Source: a virus
Taxonomy: Duplodnaviria; Heunggongvirae; Uroviricota; Caudoviricetes
IMG/VR virus record: IMGVR_UViG_3300028888_000051
Location: 1 to 64,000 of that record
Direction: 5' to 3' (one strand)
DNA length: 64,000 nt
In this document: positions 29,888 through 39,466 of the stretch, piece by piece
Position numbering within the stretch: the stretch's first letter is position 1
How the letters are laid out: each line of letters opens with the position of its first letter
The notes under the pieces: generated by a model
What the model saw: only the letters and a program-made list of their open reading frames with translations
What the model was told of the DNA's origin: nothing
The model's database searches: none
Program-made: the position numbers and the translations under genes

Positions 29888-30239
29888 TATTTCCTTTCAA
29901 AATTTCTTGTATTAAACCTGTTTGAATAGCTAATACTGTTTTAGCACAATTACCATCTAATAATTTAAAAAGCGTATCATATTGATTCTTTGTTTCATCA
30001 TCAGCAGCTCTCCAAAGTTTACGATATATAAAACTATATAATTCATCAAGGTCTAATTTTTCAATAAAATCGTTAATACAATCTTTAATGTTATAATCTT
30101 TTATACAACAACCTAAATTAATTTCTATATCGCGTATATCACGTATAGCCTTAAATATATTATACTTTAATTTTGATATATCTTCGAGAGTTTGTACCTC
30201 GTAATCTTCATAATAATCACGATTATAGTCATAATTCAT
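29871..30239 (-). CDS. Y.TLFKL module protein
   Basis: ETKNQYDTLFKLLDGNCAKTVL; AAGGAG RBS before MNYD. Confidence 0.6.
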   Translation of the reverse strand: MNYDYNRDYYEDYEVQTLEDISKLKYNIFKAIRDIRDIEINLGCCIKDYNIKDCINDFIEKLDLDELYSFIYRKLWRAADDETKNQYDTLFKLLDGNCAKTVLAIQTGLIQEILKGNNDASR

Positions 30240-32187
30240 GGTAATTAAACTCCTTATAAGCTTCATCTAAAGATAAAATTTTGATTCCTAATTGTAAAGC
30301 CTTTTTCATTTTAGTTGAAGTACTGTTTTTATCTTTAACAATTAAACAATTTGTATTTTTTGTCCAATTATCTCCAGCTTGACCTCCATTATCTATAATA
30401 TGCTGAATAAGTCCTTTATCACGTATACCTGAAAAGCAAACAACATAATCTTGATAAATATTTGAATTTATATTATTTTCTTCTGTTTTGAATTTAACAC
30501 CATAATCAAAAAGTTCCATGTGTGTTTTACGCATATACCAAGCATTTCTATATTCCATATATTGACTAATTCTAGATTCACCCAAACCTGGAATTGTTCT
30601 AAGTTCATCTTCTGTACAATAACAGCTAAATTCACCAAATTTATCCCAAATAGGTTGAAGAACACGTTCACCCATATCAGGACCAAATGCCCCACAAGCT
30701 ACCGCAAATTTGACTTCCGTAATAGTTGTTTTTTTGGCTTCTAGACTATTTTCTATCTTTTTTCCATTCTTCCCTATTACTTTTTCAATTATGCCTTTGT
30801 GAAGTGAAAAAATGTCTTCTGAATGATATATTGTGTTTTTGTTTAATAAGGTTTCATAAATTTTTACACAATTACCATAACCAAGCATATCTATTTCTAA
30901 TTTTTGACCAAGATATTCTAAAGCTCTTATTTCTGCTTCTTTACGATAATCATCATAATCTGTTGACCAAATATATTGTAAATCTACACCATTTATTTTT
31001 GTAGCACATTGTGGCAAATTATATTGTTCAGATGGTACAAGTACTTCTTCTAATTTAGGAATAACCAAACCAGCTCGCTTAAATTTAATTTTTGCACCTA
31101 TTCCACATTTAGATTTTATGACATTTTCATAATTATGAGCCGTTATATTTGTAATTAAAGCACCTGCGACTTCTATTGGTTCAATTTCAAGTACAGGAGT
31201 AAATATACCCCAACGACTAATTTGCCAATTAATGTTTTTTACAACAGATTCAGCAACATTATCATAAATACCTATTTTAAATTTACGACTACACTTTGGA
31301 TTTATAGTTCCTCCAACAAATCCAGTATCACTATAATCATTCTGAGTAATAATTATACCATCTAATTCGTAATCAGAAAATTTTAAACGAGTTTTTACTA
31401 TTTCTAAACAATTTTCATCAGTTAAAATTTCACTAGAGCATTCTTGATAATAAGGTACAGTAAAGCCTAAATGTTCTAATTGTTTAAAAGCTTTTGCTGT
31501 TCCTTGATTATTAGATGTCCAATAAGCAACAAATTTACAATTATTAAAAATATTAGCATCTGTATCTTTTTTATTTAAAGCACCTGCTATTGTATTACGA
31601 CCATTTTTTTGTTTTTTACCAGTTTTTAATTCAATTTCATTAAGTATAGATTCAATTCTATTTTTCTTAAAAAGAAGTTCGCCCCGAATAATTAATTTAT
31701 TTTTGTAATCAATTGTTTGTGGTATATTAGGAACCTGACTTATGTGACGCATAATATCTTTTCCTTTTATACCATGACCACGAGTGGCCGCTATACTTAA
31801 TTTTCCATTAATATATGTAAGAATAACGGAACAACCGTCTAATTTATCTGAAAATACAAAATTTTTATGTTTACCAATCCATTTTTCTAAATCACCTTCT
31901 TTTAATTCTTCCATACTACCCATTGGAATCTCATGAATAATATCTTGACCATATCCGGTATTTTCTGAAGTTAATTCATTAAAAAATGAATCTTCTGGCC
32001 ATTTTTCTTTAGCACAAAAATAAAGTAAATCATATAATTGATCGTCTATGAATAGACTAGGAAGGGTAATATTAAATTCATTTTCTATAACAGGATATTC
32101 ATCTTCTTTCAAACAATATATTTCACCCTTAGAATAAAATTCATTACATTTTTTCAAAATATGCTTAATCTGGGTATTCATTTGCAT
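30229..32187 (-). CDS. ligA: NAD-dependent DNA ligase
   Basis: KLDG, TRG.G..G.D, RGE, RN..AG, DGII, OB-fold, HhH, C-terminal BRCT; start moved to MQMN. Confidence 0.93.
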   Translation of the reverse strand: MQMNTQIKHILKKCNEFYSKGEIYCLKEDEYPVIENEFNITLPSLFIDDQLYDLLYFCAKEKWPEDSFFNELTSENTGYGQDIIHEIPMGSMEELKEGDLEKWIGKHKNFVFSDKLDGCSVILTYINGKLSIAATRGHGIKGKDIMRHISQVPNIPQTIDYKNKLIIRGELLFKKNRIESILNEIELKTGKKQKNGRNTIAGALNKKDTDANIFNNCKFVAYWTSNNQGTAKAFKQLEHLGFTVPYYQECSSEILTDENCLEIVKTRLKFSDYELDGIIITQNDYSDTGFVGGTINPKCSRKFKIGIYDNVAESVVKNINWQISRWGIFTPVLEIEPIEVAGALITNITAHNYENVIKSKCGIGAKIKFKRAGLVIPKLEEVLVPSEQYNLPQCATKINGVDLQYIWSTDYDDYRKEAEIRALEYLGQKLEIDMLGYGNCVKIYETLLNKNTIYHSEDIFSLHKGIIEKVIGKNGKKIENSLEAKKTTITEVKFAVACGAFGPDMGERVLQPIWDKFGEFSCYCTEDELRTIPGLGESRISQYMEYRNAWYMRKTHMELFDYGVKFKTEENNINSNIYQDYVVCFSGIRDKGLIQHIIDNGGQAGDNWTKNTNCLIVKDKNSTSTKMKKALQLGIKILSLDEAYKEFNYHEL

Positions 32188-32482
32188 TAAATATCTCCTT
32201 TTTATACTTTTCAACCATCGCCATAAATTTCCAATATTTTTTTTCATCATATTTAAAATTTTGTTTATATATACATAATACTTCAAATTCATTTAGTATT
32301 AATTTTGAACCAAGTGTATAATTTATATAATGGAAAAATTTACCAGTTCTGCAATCATATATAATTGCATTAATATAATTATCTGTATTTTTAGGCTGAG
32401 TAGAAAGAAAAATATAATCATAACCACTGTTTGTAGTTTTTATATATACATATTGTCTTGTTTTTTCTTTAACTATATTCAT
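32165..32482 (-). CDS. Hypothetical protein
   Basis: AAGGAG RBS and own promoter. Confidence 0.6.
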   Translation of the reverse strand: MNIVKEKTRQYVYIKTTNSGYDYIFLSTQPKNTDNYINAIIYDCRTGKFFHYINYTLGSKLILNEFEVLCIYKQNFKYDEKKYWKFMAMVEKYKKEIFNANEYPD

Positions 32483-32535
32483 AATTAACTCCTTATATAT
32501 TAATTATATAATAGATAAAGCAAATAGTAAAGCCA

Positions 32536-32973
32536 TTATAAATTTAAATTAGTACATTTAACTCCAGCTTCTTTTAAAATAGATTGAGCAATATTTAAAT
32601 TATCTTTCCAATGTTCAGATATTTGATATTCATTTGGTATTGTGTAATATATAGCTTTTATACCACTTTGAATAATCATTGCTGCACAATGTGCACAAGG
32701 TGGTAAACCATAAATATACATTATACAATTAGATAAATCTTGTTTTGAACAAAGTATTGCGTTTTCTTCAGCATGTAAAGTAATTGCTCTTTTAAATTCT
32801 TTATCATTAAGCCTATCTTCTGTATCATTAATATTTTTAGGAAAGCCATTATAACCTGTTGAAATAATTTTATTTTCTTTATTTACAATTACCACACCTA
32901 TTTTTTTAGATGGATCTTTTGACCAAGTTGATACAAATTTAGCCATATTTATAAACCTAATATGCCATTTCAT
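32536..32973 (-). CDS. dCMP deaminase
   Basis: SKDPS.K.G, GYNG, HAEENA, PCAHC. Confidence 0.93.
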   Translation of the reverse strand: MKWHIRFINMAKFVSTWSKDPSKKIGVVIVNKENKIISTGYNGFPKNINDTEDRLNDKEFKRAITLHAEENAILCSKQDLSNCIMYIYGLPPCAHCAAMIIQSGIKAIYYTIPNEYQISEHWKDNLNIAQSILKEAGVKCTNLNL

Positions 32974-33203
32974 TATATTCTTTCCTTATTTAGCATTGTT
33001 TCATTCCATATTCTTATAGCACTTTTTTTACTTGCTCCCAAAAATTCATAAATATCCCAATGTTTACAATTTGGACATTGTGCATAATAAAGTTCTTCAC
33101 CATTAATTTCAACAATTCTTGGATAAATAAGAAGACCTTTACGCTTACAATGCTTGCATGGTGCTGCACCATCTTGATTATACATTATTTCTTTTTTTAT
33201 CAT
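32973..33203 (-). CDS. Lar-like Zn-ribbon protein
   Basis: PCKHC...CPNC...AIRIWN pattern of the restriction-alleviation Lar family. Confidence 0.5.
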   Translation of the reverse strand: MIKKEIMYNQDGAAPCKHCKRKGLLIYPRIVEINGEELYYAQCPNCKHWDIYEFLGASKKSAIRIWNETMLNKERI

Positions 33204-33216
33204 TTTAAATCTCTTT

Positions 33217-33786
33217 TCAATTTTCTACAATAAATGATATTTTATTCATTTTTAAATTAAGTGATTTTACTTCATTTTTTATTAAATTCCAAAGTATTTC
33301 TTTATTTAAATATACTTCTTTAGTAGTTATATGTTTAATAATTTTACTATGTTGACATATTTTTTTACATTCATTTCTAGTTTTAAAAGATTTTTTATCT
33401 ATTAAAATTCTAGCAGGATTTGGTTTATTTATAGCAATACATTTATAAACTGCAATTTTACCAGGTATTAAATTATATGTTTCATAATGATGTACATATT
33501 CTCTATATTTTGCTTTTTTATTGTTATGTGTAATAATTAGCTCTCTTCCTATTTCACTTTCTTTTACTGAATTAGTTCGTTCTATTTCACCAGTCATTTT
33601 AAATAATGTAAGATATTCATTAAGTTTTTTATCAGTATGTATTGGTTCAACTAATTCTAATACAATTTGATGATAAGATTGATTACCTAATTTATTAGAT
33701 AAATAATAATCATCTGTCAAATATAGATATTTAGGAAAATTAAAAAATTTTGACATATTATTATATATCCTTTTGAGGTCTAACAA
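33217..33786 (-). CDS. Hypothetical protein with an internal NEYLTLFKM motif
   Basis: ORF translation. Confidence 0.55.
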   Translation of the reverse strand: MLDLKRIYNNMSKFFNFPKYLYLTDDYYLSNKLGNQSYHQIVLELVEPIHTDKKLNEYLTLFKMTGEIERTNSVKESEIGRELIITHNNKKAKYREYVHHYETYNLIPGKIAVYKCIAINKPNPARILIDKKSFKTRNECKKICQHSKIIKHITTKEVYLNKEILWNLIKNEVKSLNLKMNKISFIVEN

Positions 33787-34990
33787 TACATATAGTAAAT
33801 TTTTTATTTGCCATAGCTTTAGCTAATTTAAATATTTGTTCTTTTGTTACATTCATACGCTTTTTCAATTCTTCTTCATAATTGAATTCTTTATTGAAAT
33901 AAAATAAATTATTAACATAATATTTTATTATATTTTTACCTTCATTTGCAGTCGCAAAAGCATATGATAATGTATTTTTAGCTTTAGTTAATTCTTCATC
34001 TGTAATTGAATTACATAACGTCATAAAGGTATCTTTAATAGCTTGAATAGCTTTGTCTTCATTTACTGGTTCTACAATTGAAAATATTATAAAAGTATTA
34101 GCAATTCTACAAGTATCAGTAAAAGTTGAAGTACTATATGTCAAACCTAACTTTTCACGCATTGTTTGAAATAATCTTGTTGACATACCACCATCAAATA
34201 TAGCCATCATAACATCATAAATAGGTTGCCATTCAGAATCAATTTTAATGGCTGGCATTCCCATATAAATATAACTTTGTTCTATTCCTGGTTTATAAAT
34301 TATTGTTTTTTTATCTTCTGCAATTTTTACTCTTTCAAAAATTTCTTCTTCACCACGTGATAAATCATTAAACAAATTAGAAATATAGCTTGTAATTTCA
34401 TCTAAATTATAATTTTCTGGTACAATAAGAGAAAATATCATATTATTCGGAATATAATGTTTTTTATAATATTTAATTAAATCTTCTTGTTTAAAATTTT
34501 TAATATTTTCTAATGTACCTATTACTTGACGTTCCAATCTATGTCCTTCAAAACCTAATTTCATTAAACCTAAATAACCTGTATAGTTTGGATCATCATT
34601 ACGTTGTTTATATTCTTGAATAATTACTTCACGTTCTTTTTCTAATTCTTCAATAGGAAAAATTGAATTTCTAACAATATCTGTTAAAAAATTACAAGCC
34701 TCTTTCCAAAAATTACCTGGCATACTTACTGTATAGCAAGTTCTATCATCAGCTGTATATGCATTAGTATTACCGCCTAAATTTTCAATATAATCAATTA
34801 ATTCTTTTGCTGTTTTTGTTTTAGTACCTTTAAATGCCATATGTTCAAGAAAATGTGATATACCATTCTCTTCGTCTGTTTCATTCAACATTCCAGTTTT
34901 AACGGTAATTGCCCCATTAACAGTATATATATCTTTTGACATAAGTATAATTTTTAAACCATTATCTAAAGTAACTAATTTTGTTAACAT
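33761..34990 (-). CDS. M16 (pitrilysin/PqqL-like) zinc peptidase
   Basis: HFLEHMAFKGT, NAYT, SxRLF..RE..GL.Y. Confidence 0.93.
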   Translation of the reverse strand: MLTKLVTLDNGLKIILMSKDIYTVNGAITVKTGMLNETDEENGISHFLEHMAFKGTKTKTAKELIDYIENLGGNTNAYTADDRTCYTVSMPGNFWKEACNFLTDIVRNSIFPIEELEKEREVIIQEYKQRNDDPNYTGYLGLMKLGFEGHRLERQVIGTLENIKNFKQEDLIKYYKKHYIPNNMIFSLIVPENYNLDEITSYISNLFNDLSRGEEEIFERVKIAEDKKTIIYKPGIEQSYIYMGMPAIKIDSEWQPIYDVMMAIFDGGMSTRLFQTMREKLGLTYSTSTFTDTCRIANTFIIFSIVEPVNEDKAIQAIKDTFMTLCNSITDEELTKAKNTLSYAFATANEGKNIIKYYVNNLFYFNKEFNYEEELKKRMNVTKEQIFKLAKAMANKKFTICIVRPQKDI

Positions 34991-35064
34991 TTAATATCCT
35001 TTCTTTTAATACATCATTTGATTTATAATAATTATATAATTATTATTTTATAAAGTAAAACCAT

Positions 35065-35100
35065 AAAAAAGGCCATATTAATTATAAAACTAATATGGCC
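35065..35100 (-). terminator. Intrinsic terminator
   Basis: ggccatatta/taatatggcc stem with a U run on the minus strand. Confidence 0.65.
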
Positions 35101-35132
35101 GTACCCAATAATGAAAGGAGGTATTTGGGATT

Positions 35133-35747
35133 TTACTTATCAAAGTCGCTCAAAATACTTAAAATTTGAGCAGCTTGAGAATAGTTTTTTGTATCAGTCA
35201 ATAAATTAGCAGACTTAACAAGATTTTGAATAATCATATCTTTTGTTGATACTTCTTTAATATTCGATTGCTCAATAAATTGGGTGTTATTATTTCTATG
35301 AATGTTTCTTGTAATAGAAGATTCTTTAAAGCCATACGTATGATTTACCCTTTTTACCATTGGTGATAAACGAATATAACTTTTACCTTGTTTATCAATA
35401 AATTTACCTGTTTCTTCCATTTTTACACTCATAGTCCACATATTAATTCCTAATTCTTTAGCAATTGCTCCAATACTAGGATAAATCTTACCAGTTTCTA
35501 AACATTTTACTTGAACTGCAGCTTTTGGACCTCTAGTTATTTTTTGAATAGGCTTTACTTCAGATTTATATAAATTATAAGAATTTTTTCCAAGTTTTTG
35601 TATAACGTAACCTTTAACATAAGATTGATTTTTACTTAAAGCATTATATAATGCACCTTTAGACATATCACATAGATTAGCTGCATCTCTAACTGAATCA
35701 AAATGAACATTATCGACACTAATTTCAATAAAAGGTTTTTTACTCAT
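35133..35747 (-). CDS. NUMOD1/IENR1-type HTH DNA-binding protein, no nuclease domain evident
   Basis: FDSVRDAA..CDM and CLETGKIYPSIGAIAKELG. Confidence 0.65.
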   Translation of the reverse strand: MSKKPFIEISVDNVHFDSVRDAANLCDMSKGALYNALSKNQSYVKGYVIQKLGKNSYNLYKSEVKPIQKITRGPKAAVQVKCLETGKIYPSIGAIAKELGINMWTMSVKMEETGKFIDKQGKSYIRLSPMVKRVNHTYGFKESSITRNIHRNNNTQFIEQSNIKEVSTKDMIIQNLVKSANLLTDTKNYSQAAQILSILSDFDK

Positions 35748-35827
35748 TTTTATAAATCTCCAAAAATTGTTAAAATTAATCATTAAACATTTATTTTATA
35801 TAGTAAAATTTTTATTTTGTAAAGCCA

Positions 35828-36190
35828 TCATTTTAAATTATTTATCATATTTATAACACTACTTATCGGTATTAATTTATTTGCCCAAAATACAATATTC
35901 TTATCTAATTTTTTATTTTTAATTATTTCATAATTTTCTTCATTTCCAGAATACATAATAACTTTTGTTTTAAGATTATTATCATCTAAATATTTTAACA
36001 TTTCTAATGCAGTTTCATTTTGCATATCATAATCTGAAATTATAACACGTGCTTTTTTATATAATTCTTTTTCTACAAGAGAAGGCATTTCAAATTGTTT
36101 TAAAATATAATTAGAAAATTTAGAAAAAGCTAATTTAAAACTCTCTCTAACTATATAATCATCCTCTAAATGTATAATTATTTTATTCAT
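35828..36190 (-). CDS. Single-domain response regulator (CheY-like receiver)
   Basis: LEDD, ISDYDM phosphoacceptor, MYSG, conserved K. Confidence 0.8.
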   Translation of the reverse strand: MNKIIIHLEDDYIVRESFKLAFSKFSNYILKQFEMPSLVEKELYKKARVIISDYDMQNETALEMLKYLDDNNLKTKVIMYSGNEENYEIIKNKKLDKNIVFWANKLIPISSVINMINNLK

Positions 36191-36402
36191 AATTTTTTCT
36201 CTTTATTAATATTTCTATGAAATAGTTTTGTTTCTGGATATAAAATAATTTTTCCCTTAGTTGAATGTATAATTACAGACATAGCACAAAGAGAAGTATT
36301 TAAATTAGATAAAATTCGAATATCTTGCGTTTCATCATATTTTTCTAAAACACGTAATAATTCTCCAACTGTTTTAATATGTGCTTTAATTAATTCAGCC
36401 AT
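36187..36402 (-). CDS. Small hypothetical protein
   Basis: KTVGELL..LE.YD pattern common in small phage proteins. Confidence 0.55.
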   Translation of the reverse strand: MAELIKAHIKTVGELLRVLEKYDETQDIRILSNLNTSLCAMSVIIHSTKGKIILYPETKLFHRNINKEKKL

Positions 36403-36406
36403 AATA

Positions 36407-37012
36407 TTATTCCTTTGTTTTAATCTTTGTTAAATTTTCTAATATTTCAGCTCCTCTTTTTTTTCTATCTTCGGGATTACCAAAAAAGCTTAATTCCCAA
36501 AATAAACCGTATATAACATGCATTAAAGTAGGATGTACATGTACTTTTTTGATTAGATTGCCTTTTTCATCATAAAATGGAGCTTCACAATCAAAAGTTA
36601 ACTCTAAATTTTTAATATCATTAGCACCTAAAAAATCTATACCAAAAATTTCACCTTTTTCATCAATACCATCTACTTCCATTTTAATCGGAGCTGTTTC
36701 AAAATATTCTTTATTAAATTCTAAACCATACCAATAAAAACGTAATTTACCATTTACGTCTTTTGCTTCTGATTTTTGTTCAGCTTCAGCTAAAAATTCA
36801 TCAGCATAAAATAAAATCGGTTTAATTTGTTCATTTTTCTTAACTAAATTAAAAATAGTTTGTACAGTTGATCCTTTAGCAAATACTACAGGAGTAGATG
36901 CTAATGTATATGGATTAATATTACATTTTTCTTTTTTTTCAGAATATCTTTTATAATACATATCTCCATTTATATCTACATATACATATTCCATTGGAAA
37001 ATCTTTTTTCAT
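36407..37012 (-). CDS. Hypothetical protein
   Basis: TL...I.GLFWELSFFG.PE; own promoter. Confidence 0.6.
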   Translation of the reverse strand: MKKDFPMEYVYVDINGDMYYKRYSEKKEKCNINPYTLASTPVVFAKGSTVQTIFNLVKKNEQIKPILFYADEFLAEAEQKSEAKDVNGKLRFYWYGLEFNKEYFETAPIKMEVDGIDEKGEIFGIDFLGANDIKNLELTFDCEAPFYDEKGNLIKKVHVHPTLMHVIYGLFWELSFFGNPEDRKKRGAEILENLTKIKTKE

Positions 37013-37095
37013 AACTAATTCCTTTCTTTTTTACTATTTATTTTATATTAGTATATAATTAACTATTTGTAAAACCATTTATTTTTGTCAATTTT

Positions 37096-37467
37096 TTATA
37101 TTTTATGTATATTTCCTACAACTGACCATGTTTGCCAAGTAATATCTAAAGACTCTAATGTTTCATCTGGATTATCTGTTCTTAAAACAAATCCTAATTT
37201 TTCTTGACACCATTCAACTAAATATTTTTTACCTTTAGTATTTTCAACATAATCATTTTGAAATATCATTTTTTGTGATTTATCTAACATTCCAGTACTT
37301 CTATCTAATTGAATATTGTAAGTACCAGGTTTATCTTTATCTGTCAAGCCAGTAATAATATTAGAATAATTAAATGCATTAGCATATGCAACGTGTACCG
37401 GAATAGATTTTTTATTCTCTGTCTTATAAGTTACATATCTATATAAATCACCTCGCATTTTACACAT
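37096..37467 (-). CDS. YopX-family protein
   Basis: STGMLDK...IFQND.V and VVGNIH. Confidence 0.75.
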   Translation of the reverse strand: MCKMRGDLYRYVTYKTENKKSIPVHVAYANAFNYSNIITGLTDKDKPGTYNIQLDRSTGMLDKSQKMIFQNDYVENTKGKKYLVEWCQEKLGFVLRTDNPDETLESLDITWQTWSVVGNIHKI

Positions 37468-37512
37468 TTATTAACCTCCAATATTTAAATTATATTTAAT
37501 TTATAATTTAAA

Positions 37513-38205
37513 CTATTTAATTTGTAAAGCCTTTTTACATTCTTTTAAAATTTTATTGATCCAACCTTTATTCATTTCTATTATATTAACATTTGGATTA
37601 TTTATCATTGTATAAGCTGCTAAAGAATGTGTTGCAACAATTATTTGTACATTTTTATTTAAAATACATAAATTTTCAAACCATTTAAATAATCCAAATT
37701 GCATATTTAATGCCATATTATTATCTGGTTCATCTGCAATAATTATACAATTATTATCATATTCTATCTTATTATCAACTAATTCTTTAATTTGTTCATC
37801 ATTTAATTTATGGGTTTTTTTAAGATTTTCTGAAAACCAAGTATGATAATCATAATTACTTTCTCCTCTACTAGAAAAATGACCAGAAATAGCAGTAAAT
37901 ATATCACAACTCATACTATTAAAATCAGGGGCCTCAAAAATTTCATTTGGATTATATTTGATTATTTTACTAACTTTACCTTTTGCTCTAGCATCAAGAT
38001 ATTTTTGAAAATTTAAAAAATCATTTTGCTTAGGACCATTATAACATTTTCTATAACCATTATATTGTTCAATTAATGCTAATAATGATGATTTACCACT
38101 AGTATTTGCTCCAACAATTATATTAAGTCCTGGTTTAAATATAAATTCACGAAAATCAGAATTCTTGAATCTTTCATTTCTTCTAACTTCTAAATATTCA
38201 ATCAT
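37513..38205 (-). CDS. Stand-alone ABC/AAA_21-type ATPase
   Basis: GANTSGKS, SRGE signature, IIADEPD, ATHS. Confidence 0.85.
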   Translation of the reverse strand: MIEYLEVRRNERFKNSDFREFIFKPGLNIIVGANTSGKSSLLALIEQYNGYRKCYNGPKQNDFLNFQKYLDARAKGKVSKIIKYNPNEIFEAPDFNSMSCDIFTAISGHFSSRGESNYDYHTWFSENLKKTHKLNDEQIKELVDNKIEYDNNCIIIADEPDNNMALNMQFGLFKWFENLCILNKNVQIIVATHSLAAYTMINNPNVNIIEMNKGWINKILKECKKALQIK

Positions 38206-38210
38206 AGCTA

Positions 38211-38600
38211 TTATTTCCTTAAAAGTAAAAGACTTAATAAATCTTTTTTATGTCTTTCGCCATTTTTTGTAAGTTTAACTTTAAGTGTAGTTTGAAAATA
38301 TTTTTGAGCCTTTATATGTAAAATATCTAGTATTTCTAAATACTTGTTTAATTGATAAAAATTAATAAAATCATTTATTAATTTTTCATTTAATTTGTAA
38401 TCTTCTGTATTTATCATAAATGCTATACCAAACTCATCAGTTTTATTATTATAATCTATATAATCTATAGTAACACAATAAGGTTTTATATATTTCACAA
38501 AAGTACCATATATAACCTTAAAAAGTTTCGATGTTACTGTATATTTCATATCTTTTGCCCATTTATTTATTTTATATAAATATTGTATACTATTTTTCAT
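38211..38600 (-). CDS. Array protein, weak tag
   Basis: LNKYLEI segment; ends DLLSLLLLRK. Confidence 0.55.
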   Translation of the reverse strand: MKNSIQYLYKINKWAKDMKYTVTSKLFKVIYGTFVKYIKPYCVTIDYIDYNNKTDEFGIAFMINTEDYKLNEKLINDFINFYQLNKYLEILDILHIKAQKYFQTTLKVKLTKNGERHKKDLLSLLLLRK

Positions 38601-38616
38601 ATAAAGTAAAGCCTTT

Positions 38617-39000
38617 TCAATCTATACTATTTAAAGTTTCTGTATATCCAAATAAAGCTAATAAACCTATTATAAATTCTATGTCATCTTTTGTTATGTT
38701 ATTTTTTAAACTTATTTTTGCAGCATAACTATTAGGATTTTTACCATATTCAATATCTATAAATTTACGAATACCGTCTTGACTTAATTTATATTCAAAA
38801 GAAGTTTGTAAATTATTATTATCATAAAAAGTATTATAATATAGATTAAGCTCTATTGTATAATATAAAGTAGATGAACTACCTACTACAACTTTATTCT
38901 TTTTAGTCGTAAATTTTTGCATTGTAGCTTTTAAATAATCTATAAGCATCCACCAACATTTTATTTTTGGTTCAACATTTTCTAACCAATTAATTGACAT
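38617..39000 (-). CDS. Array protein, weak tag
   Basis: IRKFIDI...ISLKNN...IEFIIGLLAL. Confidence 0.55.
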   Translation of the reverse strand: MSINWLENVEPKIKCWWMLIDYLKATMQKFTTKKNKVVVGSSSTLYYTIELNLYYNTFYDNNNLQTSFEYKLSQDGIRKFIDIEYGKNPNSYAAKISLKNNITKDDIEFIIGLLALFGYTETLNSID

Positions 39001-39004
39001 TATA

Positions 39005-39466
39005 TTACCTCATAGTATTTTCTATTAAAATTAAATTTTTCGTAATATCTAAATATCTAATATCTCGATCTACAAAAATAATTAAATTTTTTTGTGTAAT
39101 ATTACTAGCTCTTGGAAATAAAGCGGTATTAGCATCAAAATATTTTTTAAAAAATTCAATTAATACTTCTCTATATGATTTATGCTTTTCTTTAATTATA
39201 GAAAAATAAATCAATGTAGCTAAATCATTTGAAATTTTAAATTCTATATACACAGGAAAAGAATTTTTCATAACTGTAAATAATTTTTTATCAGAATATC
39301 TATTTTTATCATAATATTTACCGTATCTGCCATTTTTACATAAATAATTTTTGCTAAAATGCCAAATTTTATATTCTGGACATATTTTGGTTAACCATTT
39401 TATAAATTTATCACGCCTATTACCCTCTATAATTAACCAATGTGTTTTTCCAATTTCTTCTAACAT
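39005..39466 (-). CDS. Hypothetical array protein
   Basis: Internal NDLATLIY. Confidence 0.55.
   Translation of the reverse strand: MLEEIGKTHWLIIEGNRRDKFIKWLTKICPEYKIWHFSKNYLCKNGRYGKYYDKNRYSDKKLFTVMKNSFPVYIEFKISNDLATLIYFSIIKEKHKSYREVLIEFFKKYFDANTALFPRASNITQKNLIIFVDRDIRYLDITKNLILIENTMR

Noticed and set aside
32020-32060. Ligase N-terminal DQLYDLL resembling the shared tag
   Set aside because: This is the normal NAD-ligase domain Ia D.xYD.L motif and lacks TLxK
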